DNA from: Octopus vulgaris
Taxonomy: Eukaryota
Length of the DNA: 64,000 bases
NCBI GenBank assembly: GCA_951406725.2
Contig: OX597820.1
Span: 84,444,001 to 84,508,000 of the forward strand
Direction of reading: 5' to 3'
Shown here: positions 58,206 through 64,000 of the stretch, in pieces
Position numbering within the stretch: the first letter of the stretch is position 1
How the letters are laid out: every line of letters begins with the position of its first letter
Notes under the pieces: generated by a model
Database searches by the model: none
Told to the model about the DNA's origin: nothing
Seen by the model: only the letters and a program-made list of their open reading frames with translations
Program-made: the position numbers and the translations under genes

Positions 58206-58524
58206 CATATATATATATTTATATTTATATACTCCAGTTTTAACTTGTATTCTTTTCTCAAATGCCTGGTCCGTATTGCATTATCTTATACTTGTATCAT
58301 TGTCTGTGCTGCTGTTAACGATGTTGTGCATAATAAATTACACTATATATCTATTATGTACGTAGAAACACATATAGTATATACGCAGATTATGAAGGAT
58401 ATAATATAGTAAAATATATATATACATATAGATATGTACACATATCTATGTATATACAAACATACATATATATGTGTATGAATGTATGTATATATGTAAA
58501 CGTATGAGCCTATATATCTGTGGA

Positions 58525-58582
<58 letters not shown>

Positions 58583-58609
58583 TGTGTGTGCGTGTGTGTG
58601 TGTGTGGAC

Positions 58610-58810
58610 ATTTACATATTGGGCAGCTATTTCGGAGATCGAGCTACGTCAATTAAATCGTACCCTCTACCCAACTACTACTTATTTTATCGTCCCAGAA
58701 ATCATGAAAAACAAGATAAACCTTGGCAGAATTCGAACTCAGATCGCAAAGACGGATGAAATACCGCTAAATATTTTGTCCGCCTTGTCAACTATTCTGC
58801 CAGCTCGCTG
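58610..58810 (-). mobile_element. SINE family B, decayed
   Basis: AATTCGAACTCAGA...GAAATACCGCTAA...TCTGCCAGCTCGC. Confidence 0.7.
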
Positions 58811-60599
58811 CGCTATTGGCAATTACATATACGAGTAACAGAACGCTTCGTTCCAACGAAAGTTTGCCGTATGTAAATATATAGATAAGCTGTAAATTCT
58901 AATGACGTATCTAGTTAGATTTTCTTTATTGACTATTTCAGTAATACATTATATTCAGTTTTGAAACTATTTCACCAGGAGATTAGTAACGGATATATCT
59001 TTTCATCACTTACTATCGGATCCTTTTCCTTTGTATCTGCTGAAGTATTTGGAATAATATATCTTCTAATTATACCGTGTGAATTACATTACAATTTACT
59101 GTAAATACAAGAGAGGTGAGCGCATTTTCATTTCTAAAATATGTTCTTTCTTTCAAAAAGGTTTCTGTATTATGATTGTACATAGTGTACACAATAGCAA
59201 GACATAATCATATAAACCTAAGGAGCAAATATGGATTTCTAATAATTCAATAAATCTTGCCGCACAAATTCTTCAGAAAGATATGGCTTTAAGTGCAAAA
59301 TGGAAGTTTACACGCATTATGAATGCTGCACTGGTCTGATAGTAAACGTTATGCTAAACATTAATTTTGCTACTAAGACACCCATAGCTGTATAGACTTA
59401 CCAACAACTTTCCTGTTCAGTTGTAAACTACTTGATTCGAAACAAATGCATCACAAAACCAATGAGTCATGAGTATTATAGATGGAACGGATGAAACAGA
59501 TTGCAAGATCATTTAGTGCCCTCTGTTATTGAACATATCTCTACGTTTCCTATATGATACACTTACAATAAGCCGGTGTGTAAGGTTGTTAGTTGCAGAC
59601 GAAAACATGACCGGGATTTGAAACTTCACCAACTGATCCTTCATTTTCTTCCACAAACATAATATATAAGAAAGTGGTTTACACGTGCAGTTACTTAAAC
59701 GGTTGTAGATATATTTTGTTGTAACGTGTATCAATGAAACATCACCCCTTAAGCCATTCTAATACATCCATGCACCAAAATAACAGATTCAGAACAAGGT
59801 GGCAGAAAAGAATATATGATTTACGTAAACATTATATTTAAGTAGCGGTAGCTGTACAAGGATTCATGGATATTCAATAATCAACGCAAATAACAACGGC
59901 ATGTTCCTGCTGCTGTCACTCTTAATGCTGCTCATGGTGGTCGAGGTGATGCTTGTTTCTCTGCTGCTGCTGATGAGGAGGATAATTATGGTCATTATCA
60001 TCATCATCATCATCAATCATAGCAATTATTATCAAATACATGAACACCGTAGCCTCTATCAGCTATTGAAAGCAATACAGACAGCAGTGGCATCTTCGTA
60101 TACATGGTATCTTCATAAAAGTACAAAGCACCGATTTAATAGAGGTTGGAAGCATTGGTCAATGTCCTATTTTGTATACAAATATATGAAATGACCATGT
60201 ATGGAAAGTATTTTACGATAAGCTTGCATAATCTAAGCAACTCATGAGTTAAGCATTACCGTTCACTTGTTCTTAACGATAATCATTGCTTTGGCATTGA
60301 TAATATTTTCATGGTTAGCATCATTATATTTATTATCATAAACATCAACTGTATCAATATCTTTAGCAATAAGAGTAGAAGGCAGCATTTGTAAAATTAT
60401 AACCAGAGTCGTAATCTTGAGTATCATTATAATTGCTAGCACAATGAACATCACTCATAACATTGCTACCACTCAGCTTACAAATTTTCAAATGCAGAAT
60501 TTTTCACCATATTTCATCATTTCCATGATCCTAGTATCCACAAGATACTGATCATTGTATCCACCCTGTTATCGTCATCTTCCCTATCAGTAGTAGCAA

Positions 60600-60771
60600 G
60601 AAGGTTAGTGCCTATACCACGAGTATTTTTGCCGAACAGCTAAGTTATGGTAACATAAACAGGCCACCAACGAATTTGAAGCAATAGTATGGGTACAAAC
60701 ACATACACACACAAATATACACATATATACGACATATAACCGCTCACAGGGCTTTGGTCGGCTTGAGGGTG

Positions 60772-60775
<4 letters not shown>
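60600..60775 (-). mobile_element. SINE family C fragment
   Basis: TTTTGCCGAAC.GCTAAGTTA and GCTTTGGTCGGC. Confidence 0.65.
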
Positions 60776-60816
<41 letters not shown>

Positions 60817-60837
60817 CATACACGTATGCATACACAA

Positions 60838-60875
<38 letters not shown>

Positions 60876-61459
60876 CATATACATATATATACATATGTGT
60901 ATCCACATTTGTGAGGGGAGAATATAACTGTGAAGAGAAATGGTCAATATAACAAAAAGAAGAACAAAAAATATATAAGGGAATTGGGGAGTTTATACTT
61001 GAAAAAATTAGGCAGTGTTATTTCACAAATGGTTTTCAACAGGGCCAGTTTGGCTGAATTGAAGAGAGAGAGAGGAATAGAGAAAGGTATTTGAATAGGA
61101 TAGTGTGGAGAAAGAGAGAGAAGGATGGGTTGCGGGAAAGTATTTGTATTCGAAAGGAAGAAAAATATATGATTAAAGAGATGATATAGTAGTAAAATTG
61201 AAAGTCTAGAAAAAATGAAGAATTGAAGTCATGACTAAAATCTAAGAATTCGATGTAATAATTACGAGGCTTCAAAGAAATGTAATGGGATCCATTCATT
61301 CAAATACTAATTGGAGGTGGTGCCCTAACAAGTCAGAAGCATAATCACTGCAGCTAATAAAAGATAAAGTATACAACTTAGAAAAATATACATACATATA
61401 TCTATATCTCAATGGGGCATACATATATGTATGTACATAGGTATGTATACCTGTACACC

Positions 61460-61496
<37 letters not shown>

Positions 61497-61580
61497 CAAA
61501 GTGGAGTTGTAAGGTACCGCACGAGTGGAATTATATATGAAAGAAAGTTTGACAATGCAATTTTAAATGATGTTTATTTA

Positions 61581-61620
61581 CTTGACCGGTTTCACTTTTT
61601 TAGAAAAAGATTGTCAAAAG
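61581..61620 (-). ncRNA. Degenerate hammerhead-like motif (Penelope-type GAAACCGGUC)
   Basis: Minus RNA cuu-UUGACAA-U-CUUUU..AAAAG-U-GAAA-CCG-GUC-aag. The CUGAnGA core has decayed to UUGACAA; the palindromic ACCGGU stem III and GUC site are retained. Confidence 0.35.
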
Positions 61621-61887
61621 GAATATGTAAAAGCATTGTTGTGTTAGGTATTGGTTGTCACAATATATTGTAATGCGTATATACATTATTTGATAATAAT
61701 AAGAACATGTTAAAAACAGTTTACAAGGGAAAATCTTGGGAAAATATAAAAAAAGTTGATAAGATCATTAAAATTTTGGGTACAAAAGATTACAATACAT
61801 ATATACATTCTTTTATAATAATAAGAGAATGTTAAACACAGTTTACAGAAAGAATTTTTTAAAAGTTCAGGGAATATTGGTATTGTA

Positions 61888-61945
<58 letters not shown>

Positions 61946-62160
61946 GAAAATTATAAGTTCAAAAAGGTAACATTTTGGTAAATGTACAATGAGGGAGATA
62001 TATTGAGTTTGAACTGATCTGATGCACCATATTATCGTTTACGATAATATGGTGATCAGCCGAAGTGAGCTAGAGCGTTAAATCTGAGAACGAATGTACA
62101 GCAGACCAAAGGTCCTGAAACCTATTGACCAGACCACGCATATATATATGTGTTTATTTA

Positions 62161-62192
<32 letters not shown>

Positions 62193-62287
62193 GATAGATA
62201 GATAGATATATATATATATATAGATATAGATATATATATATATATATATATATAGATAGATAGATATATAAATAGATAGTTAGATAG

Positions 62288-62348
<61 letters not shown>

Positions 62349-62429
62349 CATACATATGTATATATGTATATATATATATATATAATATATATATATATAT
62401 ATTTCACATATATACTCAATAGCTATATA

Positions 62430-62613
62430 GGCTGCAGGTGTGGCTATGGCAGGCACAAGTGTGGATGTGTCGTAAGTAGCTTTCGTACCAGCCACATGGT
62501 TCCAGTGTTAGTGCAGCCGCGTGACACCTTGGTGGAGTACCGTCTCCAATAGCCTCGAGCCAACAAAAGTCTTGTAGGTGAATTTGCTAAACGGAAATTG
62601 AAAGGATACAGTC

Positions 62614-62688
<75 letters not shown>

Positions 62689-62700
62689 CAGTCCCCTACT
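62430..62700 (+). mobile_element. SINE family C head, decayed
   Basis: GCCACATGGTTCC...TAGCCTCGAGCCAACAAAAGTCTTGT...ACGGAAATTGAAAG followed by (TA)(TG). Confidence 0.7.
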
Positions 62701-62719
62701 GTACCCCAACGCATGTTTA

Positions 62720-63325
62720 ATAAGGTTTATATCCGTTCTACTGCTCCAACTCGTAGCACAATGTAGGCTATCCATAATAATTTCTCGACGGAAGATCTGT
62801 TCTTGACAAACGGCACCGCGGTAGCATGCTACAACCGTCACTAATGAAAACGCCGAACTCCTGTAGCAGGTGTTCGCGAAAGCCAGAGAATTCAATGAGG
62901 ATGATTGCACTCGAACTTAGCATTAAGAAAACTTTGATTCAGCGGATGCTTCGGAGTGTGATAAAGCTCTCGCCATACCGACTTCATGTTGTTCAAAGGT
63001 TTCAACTAGATGATTTTGATGCTCGTGTAGAAATGTGTGTATCACTCCTCCACTATTACCAAAACGACCAGCGATGAGCCTATCTTTCATTTCTCTGGTC
63101 GGATATACCGACATAATTGTCGAATTTCGGGAGAATCAAAGCCAGCCGAATTAACGAACATGAACGAAACTCTACAAAGGTGGTGGTATGGGGAAGGGAA
63201 TAATACTCTTACAAAAGCATCAAAGTCTAAGGTGTCAAATGCTGATGGACTCACGGCTCTCGGAATGATACCTGAAACGAAATAGATAAATAAGAAAGAG
63301 TATAGTAACTTTTGGGGACACCCTG
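62720..63325 (+). mobile_element. Tc1/mariner-superfamily transposon relic, internally deleted
   Basis: LSPYRLHVVQ...DFDARVEMC and TSDEPIFHFSGRIYRHNCRISG (cf. xDEAxFHLxGxVNxHNCRIW). Right TIR TTTTGGGGACACCCTG followed by TA. Confidence 0.8.
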
Positions 63326-63452
63326 TATAAATATGTATATAATCCAATCCCCCCCACCTCAAATAAAAAAAAAGAAAAACAAAGATAAGTAGTAAAAACA
63401 ACAACACGATGATGTAGGGCATGCGAAATATTAGCAGGCGCTCAGGTAACGA

Positions 63453-63487
63453 TTTCTACGTTTCGAGGGAAGCTCGTCGTCAGCAAC
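63453..63487 (-). ncRNA. Minimal hammerhead-ribozyme motif with intact catalytic core, in a ~190-bp repeat (63370-63570)
   Basis: Minus RNA guug-CUGACGA-C-GAG-cuucc-CUC-GAAA-CG-UA-gaaa: canonical CUGAnGA and GAAA boxes, GUA triplet, palindromic ACGU stem III. Stem I pairing is poor. Confidence 0.6.
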
Positions 63488-64000
63488 AGTAGATGGAAGA
63501 AATTCCAGGACAAAAGGAAGACGGAAGAAAAAAATCGCCAATGTTCCACATGTGGTCTCACACAGAAACACACACATACATTATACTTCAACATTACCTT
63601 ACGATACCTAATAGCTGTAACATGTCGCACCCGTTACTTACAAAAATGACATCATCGAAACTGACAGATCTATTTACAAACTTGGTTATGCTATCAAATA
63701 TGCATGTGTGTATTTAATGCATTGAACTTTCTTCGTCATTTTAATATTTCTTTCAATGTATTTTAGACAAAAAGTTAGGTTAGTGCTCTATCCAATTCTG
63801 TTCTAAGGTGATTAGTCTCATTGTAACACTACGCAGGGTCTCACAATTAACTTCAAGCTCCATATAATGAAATAAGAGTCCTCTCTGTAGGATTCGCTCA
63901 GATCTCTATCCTTGATCTTTTTCTTCCTCAGAACGCCAGGCTTCTGAATTTTGCTCGCAGCTCATAGATTTCTATTCTCGGAAGGTCAGATTATCTCAAG

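Overview
AT-rich eukaryotic DNA dense in microsatellites and transposons. The SINE families and repeat landscape point to a coleoid cephalopod, most likely Octopus (inference). I found no intact protein-coding gene; most ORFs in the supplied track are microsatellite translations. Well-supported content: a Chapaev3-type (CMC) DNA transposon with TIRs and a TTA target duplication (35781-37651); mariner and Tc1-like relics; a Gypsy relic with LTR, PBS and gag; several Dong/R4, L1/Tx1 and other LINE fragments; three tRNA-derived SINE families; and a ~500-bp repeat that always sits in (AAT)n arrays. Two less obvious signals come from manual reading. First, several minimal hammerhead-ribozyme-like motifs (CUGAnGA...GAAA-CG-UH) occur in short Penelope/retrozyme-like repeats, one with an intact core at 63453-63487 (-). 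Second, the apparently unique DNA between repeats appears to hold heavily decayed immune or extracellular genes: a TIR domain, a GVIN/URGCP-like very large GTPase with an apparently inverted G-domain segment, a discoidin/mucin/chitin-binding/EGF mosaic, and a multi-C-type-lectin receptor. The pseudogene calls rest on by-eye motif matching across frameshifts and need profile searches to confirm.
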